From positions 340,107 through 404,106 of the forward strand of contig CAKVGK010000001.1 of NCBI GenBank assembly GCA_934747385.1: a stretch of 64,000 bases of DNA, written 5' to 3'. The notes under the pieces are model-generated. The model had not been told where the DNA came from. It made no database searches and was given only the letters and a program-made list of their open reading frames with translations. Positions within the stretch are counted from its first letter, which is position 1, and the number at the start of each line of letters is the position of its first letter. Shown here piece by piece: positions 53,887 to 62,442 of this stretch. The translations under genes and the position numbers were made by a program. Origin of the DNA: an uncultured Clostridia bacterium (GTDB lineage Bacteria; Bacillota; Clostridia; Christensenellales; UBA1242).

Positions 53887-54091
53887 AAAAAACTCCTTCC
53901 TTAACAAACAAGTATTGTCAGCAAATCAATTAAGAATAAAACTTAATTAATTTAAACTTAATATAGTATAGTTAGATTATTTTTATTTGTCCACTAAATT
54001 ATTAATGTTTTGTTAAAAATTTTTTATGCAAATTTTTACGCAAATTTTTCGTAAATGTGTTAAAAAAATACCATAAAGTAAAATTGGTGTT

Positions 54092-54841
54092 CTAAGCACC
54101 TTCAATCAGCATTTTGTCTGCAACCAAAGCAATAAATTCGCCGTTTGTAGGTTTTTCATTTGAAGAATAAACCTTTATGCCAAACAAATTGTTTATGTTT
54201 TCAATTTTGCCTCTGTTCCATGCAACTTCAATTGCGTGGCGAATTGCGCGCTCAACTTTTGAAGCGCTTGTGTCATATTTTTCTGCAATTGTTGGGTAAA
54301 GTTTTTTTGTTATTGAATTGATTATTTCTGGGTTGGCAATTGCAAGTTTGATGGCTTCACGCAAAAATTGGTAGCCTTTTATGTGTGCAGGAATGCCAAC
54401 TGTGATGAAAATATTTGTGATTTTCTCTTCAATATGGTTGTTTGGTTTACCCACAACAAAATTGTTGCTTTGTGAAGATTTGTTTGCAACAATGTCGTTA
54501 ACGCGTTCAAACAAAGTGTCTGCATCGAAAGGTTTGATGCAATAGTATGTCGCGCCCATGCTAATGGCTTTGTTAATAAAACCATCAATTGAAAGAGATG
54601 ATTGAATAATGATTTTTGTGTTTTCCTTGTTAACATTTTCAAGAACTTTAAAGCCGTCGCAATTTTCAAGCACAATGTCCATAATAGCAATATCTGGCTG
54701 GGTTGAATTAATAATATCAATAAGTTCAGTTCCGCTTGAGGTTGTTGCACAAACCTCAAAATTTTCATTGTTAAATTTGTCTTTTAAAGTGTTCAAAACA
54801 TTTTTGTCTTCATCTGCAAGTACAATTGTGATTTTTTTCAT
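54092..54841 (-). CDS. spo0A: sporulation master regulator Spo0A
   Basis: 249 aa. Receiver domain ([27 protein letters not shown]) plus the Spo0A-specific C-terminus ([19 protein letters not shown]...[31 protein letters not shown]). Confidence 0.93.
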   Translation of the reverse strand: MKKITIVLADEDKNVLNTLKDKFNNENFEVCATTSSGTELIDIINSTQPDIAIMDIVLENCDGFKVLENVNKENTKIIIQSSLSIDGFINKAISMGATYYCIKPFDADTLFERVNDIVANKSSQSNNFVVGKPNNHIEEKITNIFITVGIPAHIKGYQFLREAIKLAIANPEIINSITKKLYPTIAEKYDTSASKVERAIRHAIEVAWNRGKIENINNLFGIKVYSSNEKPTNGEFIALVADKMLIEGA

Positions 54842-54968
54842 AAAATTCCCCTTTTAAAGATTATCAAACTGTGGCTGAATTTTATCGTTGACCTGTTGAT
54901 AAAAAATTTGTTGTTAATAAAATGGTTTTAGAAAAATTTGTTGTGCCGGCGTGTAAATTTTTCTATTT

Positions 54969-54975
54969 TGTCGAT
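54969..54975 (+). promoter_or_regulatory. 0A-box-like heptamer (6/7)
   Basis: TGTCGAT versus the consensus TGTCGAA, located upstream of spo0A. Confidence 0.25.
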
Positions 54976-55075
54976 TGACTAATGCTATGATAACAAATTA
55001 ATGTTACTTTTGACGATAAAAAAACTACACATTTTTGCTTTAATTTGGAAATTTTTTAAATTAAGCTTACAAAAA

Positions 55076-55082
55076 TGTCGAA
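55076..55082 (+). promoter_or_regulatory. 0A-box heptamer (7/7)
   Basis: TGTCGAA, an exact match to the Spo0A-box consensus, in the spo0A / SpoVID-like divergent region. Confidence 0.3.
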
Positions 55083-55338
55083 ATTAAATTTTGAAAATAA
55101 TTATTTAGTTAAAAATTCAAAGAAAATAGTTATTTTTGCGGTTTTAAGGGGTTTTTGAATTTAACCAATTTGTTATTAAATTTATATATTTAAGGTTAAA
55201 AAAATAATTTTTAATATATTTGTAATTAATTAAAATTAAATTTAATTTTTGTTTTATTGTTTTTTTAAAGTTGTTTCATCTCATTATGACATAATTTTGA
55301 TTTTTTAATTATACATTATTTAGACGGGAGGTTGTTAT

Positions 55339-56847
55339 ATGGAAAACAACGAAGCAATCAAATTATCTTTTGCAAAGAATTTGAACAAATTTAATTTTAA
55401 CACACTAATCAGTGTTCCAATTGACACAAATGTGAACATAAAAACCATTTTGAATTTAGACAGCAAAATGACCGACAAAAAAATTGAAGCAGGCTCTGGC
55501 AAGGCAGTGTTGAGCGGAAAAATTTTGCTTAACATTTTGTACGTTGACACTGACAACATGACCAACACAATAACAGAAACACAAAATTTCAGCGAAACCA
55601 TTGTTGACAACGCAATAACAAACGACAGTTTCATCACAATCAACAGCATTAAGATTGTTGACTCAGTTGTTTCAAATGTTGGCACACTCAAAGTCAACTG
55701 CGAAGTTAGTGTTGAACCAATTTTATATTTAAACCTTAACATGCCAAACAATATTTCAAGTTATGAAAATATGGTTGTTAAAAAAGACTTGGTTGAGGCT
55801 TGCACAATAACCGACGTTGTGAACACAAAGTTTGAATACACAACCAACATGGAAACCAAAGACAGCATAAGCAAACTTTTGTGCTACAATTCATACTTTG
55901 CCACAACCTCAGTCACTGCTTACGACGAATATGCCGTTGTTGAGGGCAAACTTTTTGGCAAATTGCTTTATGAAACTATGGCAAACGAAACAAGTTGTGT
56001 TAAAGAGTTGTGCAACACGGTTGCCGTTAAAACCGAATTGCCAATTGCAAATTTAAGCCACGACAATATGCTTGATTTAAGTTTTTTCAGTTGCGCAGGC
56101 GTGGACAATGTTCAAACAGAAATTGAGGACGGAAACACAACGCTGACAATCACCCACACCATTGAAGTTTCTGGTGTTGTTTGCAAAACTGTTGCAATTG
56201 ACGTTGTGGATGACATTTACAGCATCGATAACGAAATTGAACCAGCCTTTGCAACTCGCGAGTACAACAAAATCAGCAATTGTGAACATTATACTGGAGA
56301 AATTTCTGGAGAAATCACAATCAATGAGAATGAAACTGCAATTGACGAAATTGTTGCAAACATGAACATTGTGCCAGAAATTACAAACGCATATGTTAAA
56401 GACGAAACCATTTATATTGAAGGCATTATCAGTTCCCAAATCATTTATTTAGACGAAAACAGAGAATTGAAAGCAAAGCAAAGCGAACTTCCTTTTGTTA
56501 CAAACACAAAACTGCCTTGCTCTTCACTTGACTGCCGCCATTTAGACATTTCAGTTACCGACAGCAAATCCAAAGCAAAGCGCGGAACAATAATTGAATT
56601 GGAATATGACATATTCGTGTCAATTTGCTGCTACCAAAAAGGCAGTTTTAAAATGGTCGACAACTTAAGCATTGGCAAATCTCTTGATTTTAGCATGTTT
56701 GACTATCAAATTTTCGTTGCCAAACCAGAAGAAACAATTTGGGATTTGTGCAAACGTATTAAAATCACCCCAGAGCAACTTGAAAGTTACAACAAAAACC
56801 TGCCACCCGTTTTAACAGGCGGAGAAAAAATTATTATTAAAAGATAA
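55339..56847 (+). CDS. SpoVID/SipL-like spore-coat morphogenetic protein (DUF3794-type repeats plus C-terminal LysM)
   Basis: 502 aa with RBS GGGAGG. Repeated beta-rich modules (GKAVLSGKILLNILYVDTDN...) resemble DUF3794/SPOCS. C-terminal LysM YQIFVAKPEETIWDLCKRIKITPEQLESYNKNL...GEKIIIK. Confidence 0.5.
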   Translation: MENNEAIKLSFAKNLNKFNFNTLISVPIDTNVNIKTILNLDSKMTDKKIEAGSGKAVLSGKILLNILYVDTDNMTNTITETQNFSETIVDNAITNDSFITINSIKIVDSVVSNVGTLKVNCEVSVEPILYLNLNMPNNISSYENMVVKKDLVEACTITDVVNTKFEYTTNMETKDSISKLLCYNSYFATTSVTAYDEYAVVEGKLFGKLLYETMANETSCVKELCNTVAVKTELPIANLSHDNMLDLSFFSCAGVDNVQTEIEDGNTTLTITHTIEVSGVVCKTVAIDVVDDIYSIDNEIEPAFATREYNKISNCEHYTGEISGEITINENETAIDEIVANMNIVPEITNAYVKDETIYIEGIISSQIIYLDENRELKAKQSELPFVTNTKLPCSSLDCRHLDISVTDSKSKAKRGTIIELEYDIFVSICCYQKGSFKMVDNLSIGKSLDFSMFDYQIFVAKPEETIWDLCKRIKITPEQLESYNKNLPPVLTGGEKIIIKR

Positions 56848-56894
56848 AACAAACTCGCCCGCATTGCGTTCTCGGTGTTAGTTGTTTATAAATT

Positions 56895-56969
56895 ATCCTT
56901 GTTCTCGTGTTCCCTACGGGGTCCCCATAAAACTTATGTTTTTAGGGAACCCCGAAGGGGACACAGGAT
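56895..56969. repeat. GC-rich inverted-repeat element, copy A
   Basis: Left arm CTCGTGTTCCCTACGGGGTCCCC (56904-56926), 17-nt AT-rich loop, right arm AGGGAACCCCGAAGGGGACACAGGAT (56944-56969). The arms are about 85 percent complementary. Confidence 0.75.
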
Positions 56970-57028
56970 TCTTGCTCATCAGTAAACCTCAACTGAACCA
57001 CCAGACTATCTAGGGGTTTTAAATGTGC

Positions 57029-57058
57029 AAAAAAGTGCTTGTTAAAAGCACTTTTTTA
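57029..57058. terminator. bidirectional terminator
   Basis: AAAA-AAGTGCTT-GTTAA-AAGCACTT-TTTT. Confidence 0.65.
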
Positions 57059-57072
57059 ATAAGTTGTTTATC

Positions 57073-57393
57073 TTAATATTCAATTGAATGTGGATTTGCA
57101 GGCAAGAAGCCTCTAGACTTTATGTGTTCAAGCGTTGTTTTTGGCTCAATCATCATTTTGTCCAAATCTGCAACAATTTGCTTAAAATTCAAATTTTTAA
57201 ATTCCTCATCACTGAGTGACAAACAATTGGACAAAATCCTTTTCATTTTTACAATGTAACCATTAACTGTTGGAAAATAAGACTGACATTCAATGTCTTT
57301 TCTGTAGTTTGGAATTTTTTGTACTTCGCCCAAATATGACATTAAAGTTTCGGTTCTTGCTTTAATCTCTTTTTCAAATTGTTTTTTGTCCAT
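57073..57393 (-). CDS. hypothetical protein (106 aa), co-oriented 12 nt downstream of lysS
   Basis: ORF only. Predicted helical. No motif recognised. Confidence 0.45.
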   Translation of the reverse strand: MDKKQFEKEIKARTETLMSYLGEVQKIPNYRKDIECQSYFPTVNGYIVKMKRILSNCLSLSDEEFKNLNFKQIVADLDKMMIEPKTTLEHIKSRGFLPANPHSIEY

Positions 57394-57405
57394 AACTCTC
57401 CCCGG

Positions 57406-58944
57406 TTATTCCTTATCTTCGCTTGCAGAATTGTCCACTGGTTTTGTCATAGGGAACAAAATTGTGTCTCGAATGTTTGGCAAATCGTAAATCATCATAA
57501 TAAAGCGGTCAATACCAAAGCCCAATCCAGACATTGGAGGCATGCCATGCTCCATTGCAAGCAAAAAGTCTTCGTCCAAATCCATTGTTTCGTCGTCACC
57601 TTTTGCCTTGTCTTTAAGTTGGTCTTCAAGAGCCTTGCGTTGTTCAAGTGGATTAACAAGTTCGCTGTAAGCATTCAAAATTTCTGCACCATTAACAACA
57701 ACTTGGAAAACGTCTGTAATGCGGTTGTCATTGTCGTTGCGGCGAGCCAAAGTTTTTAAGAATGCTGGGTAATTATAAAGGATTGTTGGTCCAACAATGT
57801 TTTGCCTGATAAGTTTTTTGTAAGCAAAGTCAATGATAGCACGGCAAGATTTGTAGCCATCAAGATCAACAGCAGAAAGTTTTTTGCTCTCAATTATTTT
57901 TGCGCGCAAAACTTCTGGGTCATCAACAGCCAAAAAGTCAAAGCCAAGCAATTCGCGCATTTTTTCAACATAGTTAATACGTTCCCATTCGCCATCAAAT
58001 TCAAGTTCGTTGCCAGCAACAGTAATTTTTGTTGTGCCCAAAACATTCAACATTAATTCCTTAATAAATTGCTTAAAGAATTTCACATTGTCTTCAAAAT
58101 CCCAGTATGATGCATACCATTCAACTTGTGTAAATTCTTGCAAATGGGTTGGGTCCATGCCTTCGTTACGGAAATCTTTGCCTAATTCAAAAACTTTGTC
58201 AAAGCCAGCAGCGTTAACCATTTTAAGCCATGTTTCTGTTGCAATGCGAAGGTTACAATCTAAATCTAAAGCATTGTGGTGTGTGAAGAAAGGTTTTGCA
58301 CTTGCACCACTAACATTAACTTGCAAAACTGGTGTTTCAACTTCAAAAAATCCGTTCTTTTCAAGATAGTTCCTTACAAATGAAACCGCTTTGCTTCGTG
58401 TGATAAATACTTGACGAGATTGTTCATTGGAAATAATGTCCAAATATCTTTGGCGATAGCGCGCCTCCATGTCAACAAGCCCATGAAACTTTTCTGGAAG
58501 CCCACGAAGAGCCTTGCTGAGCAATTCAAATCTTTCAACTTGAACAGTCAATTCGCCAGTTTGAGTGCGAATAAGTTCACCAGTTACGCCAATAAAGTCA
58601 CCAATGTCGCAAAATTCTTTAAACTTAGCAAGCGCATCTGCCCCAACAATGTTAAAATTAAGGCTAATTTGCACGCTTGTGCGCAAAGGTTTGGTTGCGT
58701 CAATGTCATGGTTATCTCCAATTGCATAAAGGCGCGCAAAAATAAGTTTACCAAAAGTACGCTTAAAAATCATACGCCCAGCAATGTTAACCTTTGTGCC
58801 AAGTTCATATTTTTCCAAATCGTGGATTTCATGTGTTTTTTCAAATTTAGCCTTGTAAGCTTTTTCACCTAAACTTTCAAGTTTTTTAACCTTTTCAACT
58901 TTAATGTCAAATTCACTCATTTGATTGATGTTGTTATTGTCCAT
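57406..58944 (-). CDS. lysS: lysyl-tRNA synthetase (class II)
   Basis: Start at ATG 58944 (MDNNNINQ, RBS TAGGAGAA). Motif 2 GKDFRNEGMDPTHLQEFTQVEWY, motif 3 GLGFGIDRFIMM. Confidence 0.92.
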   Translation of the reverse strand: MDNNNINQMSEFDIKVEKVKKLESLGEKAYKAKFEKTHEIHDLEKYELGTKVNIAGRMIFKRTFGKLIFARLYAIGDNHDIDATKPLRTSVQISLNFNIVGADALAKFKEFCDIGDFIGVTGELIRTQTGELTVQVERFELLSKALRGLPEKFHGLVDMEARYRQRYLDIISNEQSRQVFITRSKAVSFVRNYLEKNGFFEVETPVLQVNVSGASAKPFFTHHNALDLDCNLRIATETWLKMVNAAGFDKVFELGKDFRNEGMDPTHLQEFTQVEWYASYWDFEDNVKFFKQFIKELMLNVLGTTKITVAGNELEFDGEWERINYVEKMRELLGFDFLAVDDPEVLRAKIIESKKLSAVDLDGYKSCRAIIDFAYKKLIRQNIVGPTILYNYPAFLKTLARRNDNDNRITDVFQVVVNGAEILNAYSELVNPLEQRKALEDQLKDKAKGDDETMDLDEDFLLAMEHGMPPMSGLGFGIDRFIMMIYDLPNIRDTILFPMTKPVDNSASEDKE

Positions 58945-58968
58945 ATTTTCTCCTAAATTTATGTTTTG

Positions 58969-58997
58969 ATTATACACTCCCCCAGACCAAAAGTCAA
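58969..58997 (-). promoter_or_regulatory. sigma-A-like promoter of lysS
   Basis: Minus strand TTGACT (58997-58992), 17 nt spacer, TATAAT (58974-58969). Confidence 0.5.
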
Positions 58998-59023
58998 TTG
59001 ATATGATTTTTATATTTAAAAAT

Positions 59024-59365
59024 TTAAACTTGTATTTCTATATAATTTTTATGAACAACTAAAAGCACATCGCATATCAAATACTTACTCTCTTGAGTCT
59101 TTATCATTTTATCAAATAAATAACTATACTCATTTTTAGATAAATTTTTATATTTATAAAAACCAACAACTTCAAAAGAAAGTTTGTTTTTTATTTCGCA
59201 TAAATATTTTGCACATGTTTGTAGCACTTTTGATTTCGAATAAATATATAATTTATCAATTTTATATAAATCATTTATTTTATTAACTTTTTCAATAAAA
59301 TCACCTTTGTTTACATTATTAATTTCTTCGTTATCAACACTAACAACTCCACATATCATTTTCAT
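59024..59365 (-). CDS. hypothetical protein (113 aa) in a very AT-rich patch
   Basis: ORF only. K/N/I/Y-rich and divergent from the XRE gene. No motif recognised. Confidence 0.4.
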   Translation of the reverse strand: MKMICGVVSVDNEEINNVNKGDFIEKVNKINDLYKIDKLYIYSKSKVLQTCAKYLCEIKNKLSFEVVGFYKYKNLSKNEYSYLFDKMIKTQESKYLICDVLLVVHKNYIEIQV

Positions 59366-59385
59366 AACCTCTCAAATATAGATTA

Positions 59386-59403
59386 ATATAGAATATTCTA
59401 TAT
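59386..59403. promoter_or_regulatory. perfect 18-bp palindrome, putative operator
   Basis: ATATAGAATATTCTATAT lies between the divergent 113-aa and XRE genes. A half-site AATATTCTATA is repeated at 59422-59432. Confidence 0.45.
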
Positions 59404-59454
59404 GTCAAGTAATATTATCTAATATTCTATACCATTATACTAATGGAGAAAGTT

Positions 59455-59667
59455 ATGACTTTTGTTGAAATATTAAATGATATTATGATTGACAAAAACT
59501 TGAATCAAACTCAATTTGCAAAGTTAATTGGGGTCAAGCAATCACAAGTGAGCGAGTGGCTGAATGGCAAAAATAAGCCAGGCTACGACAATTTAAAAAC
59601 AATTTGCCTTGCGTTGAATATTTCTGCCGACTATCTTTTGGGGCTTGACGACAAAACAAAATTTTAA
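59455..59667 (+). CDS. XRE-family helix-turn-helix transcriptional regulator
   Basis: Start at ATG 59455 (RBS GGAGAAAG). LNQTQFAKLIGVKQSQVSEWLNGKNKPGYDNLKTICLALNISADYLLGL is a classic Cro/C1-type HTH. Confidence 0.8.
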   Translation: MTFVEILNDIMIDKNLNQTQFAKLIGVKQSQVSEWLNGKNKPGYDNLKTICLALNISADYLLGLDDKTKF

Positions 59668-59669
59668 AC

Positions 59670-59702
59670 AAAAAAATAGACAATTGATTGCCTATTTTTT
59701 TT
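59670..59702. terminator. terminator-like hairpin (R1)
   Basis: AAAAAAATAGACAATTGATTGCCTATTTTTTTT. Imperfect stem. It closely resembles 61458-61488. Confidence 0.4.
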
Positions 59703-59736
59703 ACTTAATTTTTATTGCAAACCATTATTTTAACAA

Positions 59737-61209
59737 TTAAATTTGGCTGTCTGGGGCGGTTTCAATTAGCGCACCATCTTTGTATTGAGTTTTGTGCAAT
59801 TTTGCATTGCCGTTGCTATCTATAACAAAACAAATACCTATGCCAAGATCTGCATAATTGATTTGATAAACTGAAGCGTCTTCATAATAAGTCAATTTAA
59901 TTTTGCCAGCTGTGTCAAGCAAGCCAAACCAATGCGCTTGGTCAATTGTGTTTAAATATTCAATTGCGTCTGTCAAAGTTTGTTTTGCGGTGTTGTAAGT
60001 TTTAATTGAACCAACATATTCCTCATCTTGCTCAAGTTGAGTTTTTAATTGAGTGCAATATGTTTTCATGTCTGCCAAATTTTTGATTGCCTTAATTTGG
60101 AAATTGCCAGATTTTGTGGACATTGTGTCCAACACCAACTGAGAATATTTGTACATATTGTTGTAAAGGTCTGAACCAATATTCACTGCAGTTGAAGTAT
60201 CCAAAAACTCTCTTGTGTGCATATTGTTTTTAACTGCATTGTAAACATTATTATATCTGGTGCGGAAAGTGTCGTCAATTTCACTTTGAACTGAATCGCT
60301 GCTTGAACTGCCTTCACCATAATTGTAAACAAAGAAATCATCGTTTGTTGGGTCTAATGATACATGCTCAACATAATATGCTTTAACATTGCTTGCTTCA
60401 AAAGTTGCTTCGTCAAATTGATTGTTGTTGAGTTTGTTATAAAAATCATTGCCCGCGTCATCACAATCTGTGATAAGTTTCAAATAATTTACAACATTCG
60501 TTTCAAAATTTATGTCTGCTATATAGGCACCAACATCTTCAATTGGGTGTTCTCCCTCTTGTTTGTTGTACTGAGTGAGATAAAGCGTCATAGATTTTGG
60601 AGTAGCAGTTTCGTAATCATAATTAAAATTGAAGTCATATTGATATTTAACGCTCATTCCATTGTAAGTCACTGGAATTTCCAACCTAAAATTGATGCCA
60701 GAATTTTGTTGTAAAATTCTAATGTATGCAAAAAATCCATTCATCATATAAGTTGTACTGTAAATTTTGCCCAACTCGTAGTCTGCAAGATAGCCACTGG
60801 CTGTGTTTACATAGTTTGTGAAATATTGCATCATATATTGCCCTTGATAAATATCATATAGAGCGCGCAAAGCAGCTGACTTTGTTGTGTAATTGTTAGC
60901 ATAAGGGTTGGAAACAGTAAGCAAATTAATTTTTGAATTGTTTGTGTTAAAAATGCAGTTGGATTGTTGTTCTGTTGTGCTTGAAATTGAGCCAAAAATT
61001 TGCTCCATTTTGTCCAAACTTTGGTTTACAACCATTTGCGCTGTAATTCCATTTGTATTAACAGTTTGGTTTTCTGGGCTGCCGCCAAAGCCTTGCCCAT
61101 TGCCTTGCCCGTCGCCGTCACCTTTGCCACAGGCAACAAAACTGAACATGGCAAAAACCATCATTATAACTGCCAATATTGATGAAAACAATGTCTTTTT
61201 CTTTGTCAT
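59737..61209 (-). CDS. lipoprotein, function unknown
   Basis: 490 aa. Signal peptide with lipobox FVAC followed by a G/D/Q-rich linker (GKGDGDGQGNGQGFGG). Confidence 0.7.
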   Translation of the reverse strand: MTKKKTLFSSILAVIMMVFAMFSFVACGKGDGDGQGNGQGFGGSPENQTVNTNGITAQMVVNQSLDKMEQIFGSISSTTEQQSNCIFNTNNSKINLLTVSNPYANNYTTKSAALRALYDIYQGQYMMQYFTNYVNTASGYLADYELGKIYSTTYMMNGFFAYIRILQQNSGINFRLEIPVTYNGMSVKYQYDFNFNYDYETATPKSMTLYLTQYNKQEGEHPIEDVGAYIADINFETNVVNYLKLITDCDDAGNDFYNKLNNNQFDEATFEASNVKAYYVEHVSLDPTNDDFFVYNYGEGSSSSDSVQSEIDDTFRTRYNNVYNAVKNNMHTREFLDTSTAVNIGSDLYNNMYKYSQLVLDTMSTKSGNFQIKAIKNLADMKTYCTQLKTQLEQDEEYVGSIKTYNTAKQTLTDAIEYLNTIDQAHWFGLLDTAGKIKLTYYEDASVYQINYADLGIGICFVIDSNGNAKLHKTQYKDGALIETAPDSQI

Positions 61210-61339
61210 AAAAACTCCTAAATCGCTTTTATTTTAGTACTCCCAAAAATTAAAGTCAAACAAATATTTAATTAATAATAAAAACTATTTGCCCTTACTT
61301 GTGAATAAACATACCTTTAATTTAATTTTTTCCAACGCG

Positions 61340-61407
61340 ATTTCTTGTGTCCCCTTAGGTATCTCCAAAAAAAATTTTTTAGGGACTCCGTAGGGGACAC
61401 GAGAAAT
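61340..61407. repeat. GC-rich inverted-repeat element, copy B
   Basis: ATTTCTTGTGTCCCCTTAGGTATCTCC, loop A8T6, then AGGGACTCCGTAGGGGACACGAGAAAT. The reverse complement of the right arm (TTTCTCGTGTCCCCTACGGAGTCCCT) matches about 22/25 of the copy A left arm. Confidence 0.75.
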
Positions 61408-61457
61408 TTAATTTATAATGTAAATTTAATTTTATTTTTAAAACTAAACAGGTTGTT

Positions 61458-61488
61458 AAAAAAATAGACATTGGTATGTCTATTTTTT
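61458..61488. terminator. terminator-like hairpin (R2)
   Basis: AAAAAAATAGACA-TTGGTA-TGTCTAT-TTTTT. Confidence 0.5.
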
Positions 61489-61525
61489 ATTTTCTTAAAA
61501 ATTACTTTTTAAAAATAGGATAAGG

Positions 61526-61575
61526 CACCATTTTTGAGAAAAATGGTGGACAAACCTATCTTTTGAAGATAGGTT
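61526..61575 (-). terminator. two tandem hairpins downstream of jag
   Basis: Minus strand AACCTATCTT-CAA-AAGATAGGTT (61575-61553) followed by CACCATTTTT-CTC-AAAAATGGTG (61548-61526). Confidence 0.45.
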
Positions 61576-61634
61576 GATAATTTGCCTCACAATGTTCGCA
61601 AAATTGTCAAACCTACAATGCTATTAAATTAAAA

Positions 61635-62366
61635 TTATTTCTTAAAGATAGGTTTGATTACAACGTGGCGTTTTTCGCCTTCGCCTGTTGATTCTGTTGT
61701 AACGTCCTCACGACCTTGCAATGTTGTGTGAACAATGCGTCTGTCATACGCATTCATAGGATCCATGTGAATGTTGCGCTCAATTTTGATTGCTTGTTCT
61801 GCAATTTTGTTGGCCAAATCTATGATTGATTGGTTGCGATTTTGCTTGTATCCGTCAACGTCAAGGTACATACGGATTGCTCCTTCACCTCTTGTTTTAA
61901 CGCCAGAAAGCAACATTTGAATTGCTTGCAAATTTTCGCCATGATAGCCAATAAGTTTGCCAACTTTTTCGCCTTTTATGCTGAAATTAAGTTCATTTTC
62001 GCCTGCTGTGCATTCAACAGTTGCATTTTCGTCCACAAGGCGTGCAAGCCCCAACAAAAATTCAGTTCCGCGTGCCTGCAAGCGTGTTGAATCCACAATT
62101 TTGTGTTTCTTTTCTTTTTCAACTGGTTGAACTTCAACTTGTTCGATTTGTTCAGCCTGTTCTGGTTGTTCAGTTTCGGTTGTTTCAACATCTTCAACCT
62201 TTTCTTCTTGTTTTGGTTCTCCCCAAGAAAGAATGACTTTTGCCTTTTTGAAAAGACCGCCCTCTTCCACAACTTTAATATCAACGTCTTCACGTTTCAT
62301 GCCACATTCAAGCAGCCCATTTTGAATTGCAATTTCCACACTTTTGCCAGTTGCTTCAATTTGCAT
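61635..62366 (-). CDS. jag: Jag/KhpB RNA-binding protein (Jag_N-KH-R3H)
   Basis: 243 aa. MQIEATGKSVEIAIQNGLLECG N-terminus, acidic linker, KH-like core and R3H (MNAYDRRIVHTTLQ). Downstream of yidC. Confidence 0.85.
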   Translation of the reverse strand: MQIEATGKSVEIAIQNGLLECGMKREDVDIKVVEEGGLFKKAKVILSWGEPKQEEKVEDVETTETEQPEQAEQIEQVEVQPVEKEKKHKIVDSTRLQARGTEFLLGLARLVDENATVECTAGENELNFSIKGEKVGKLIGYHGENLQAIQMLLSGVKTRGEGAIRMYLDVDGYKQNRNQSIIDLANKIAEQAIKIERNIHMDPMNAYDRRIVHTTLQGREDVTTESTGEGEKRHVVIKPIFKK

Positions 62367-62442
62367 ATTTCCTCCTTAAAACCAATTTGGTTTTTGTGTT
62401 TTTTTGCAAACCATATTTCCATGCGTTAACATAGAAATAAGT

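Noticed and set aside
54379-54768. 129-aa ORF in an alternative frame inside spo0A
   Set aside because: It is fully contained in the Spo0A coding region on the same strand but out of frame. It has no RBS, and the Spo0A frame carries the diagnostic motifs.
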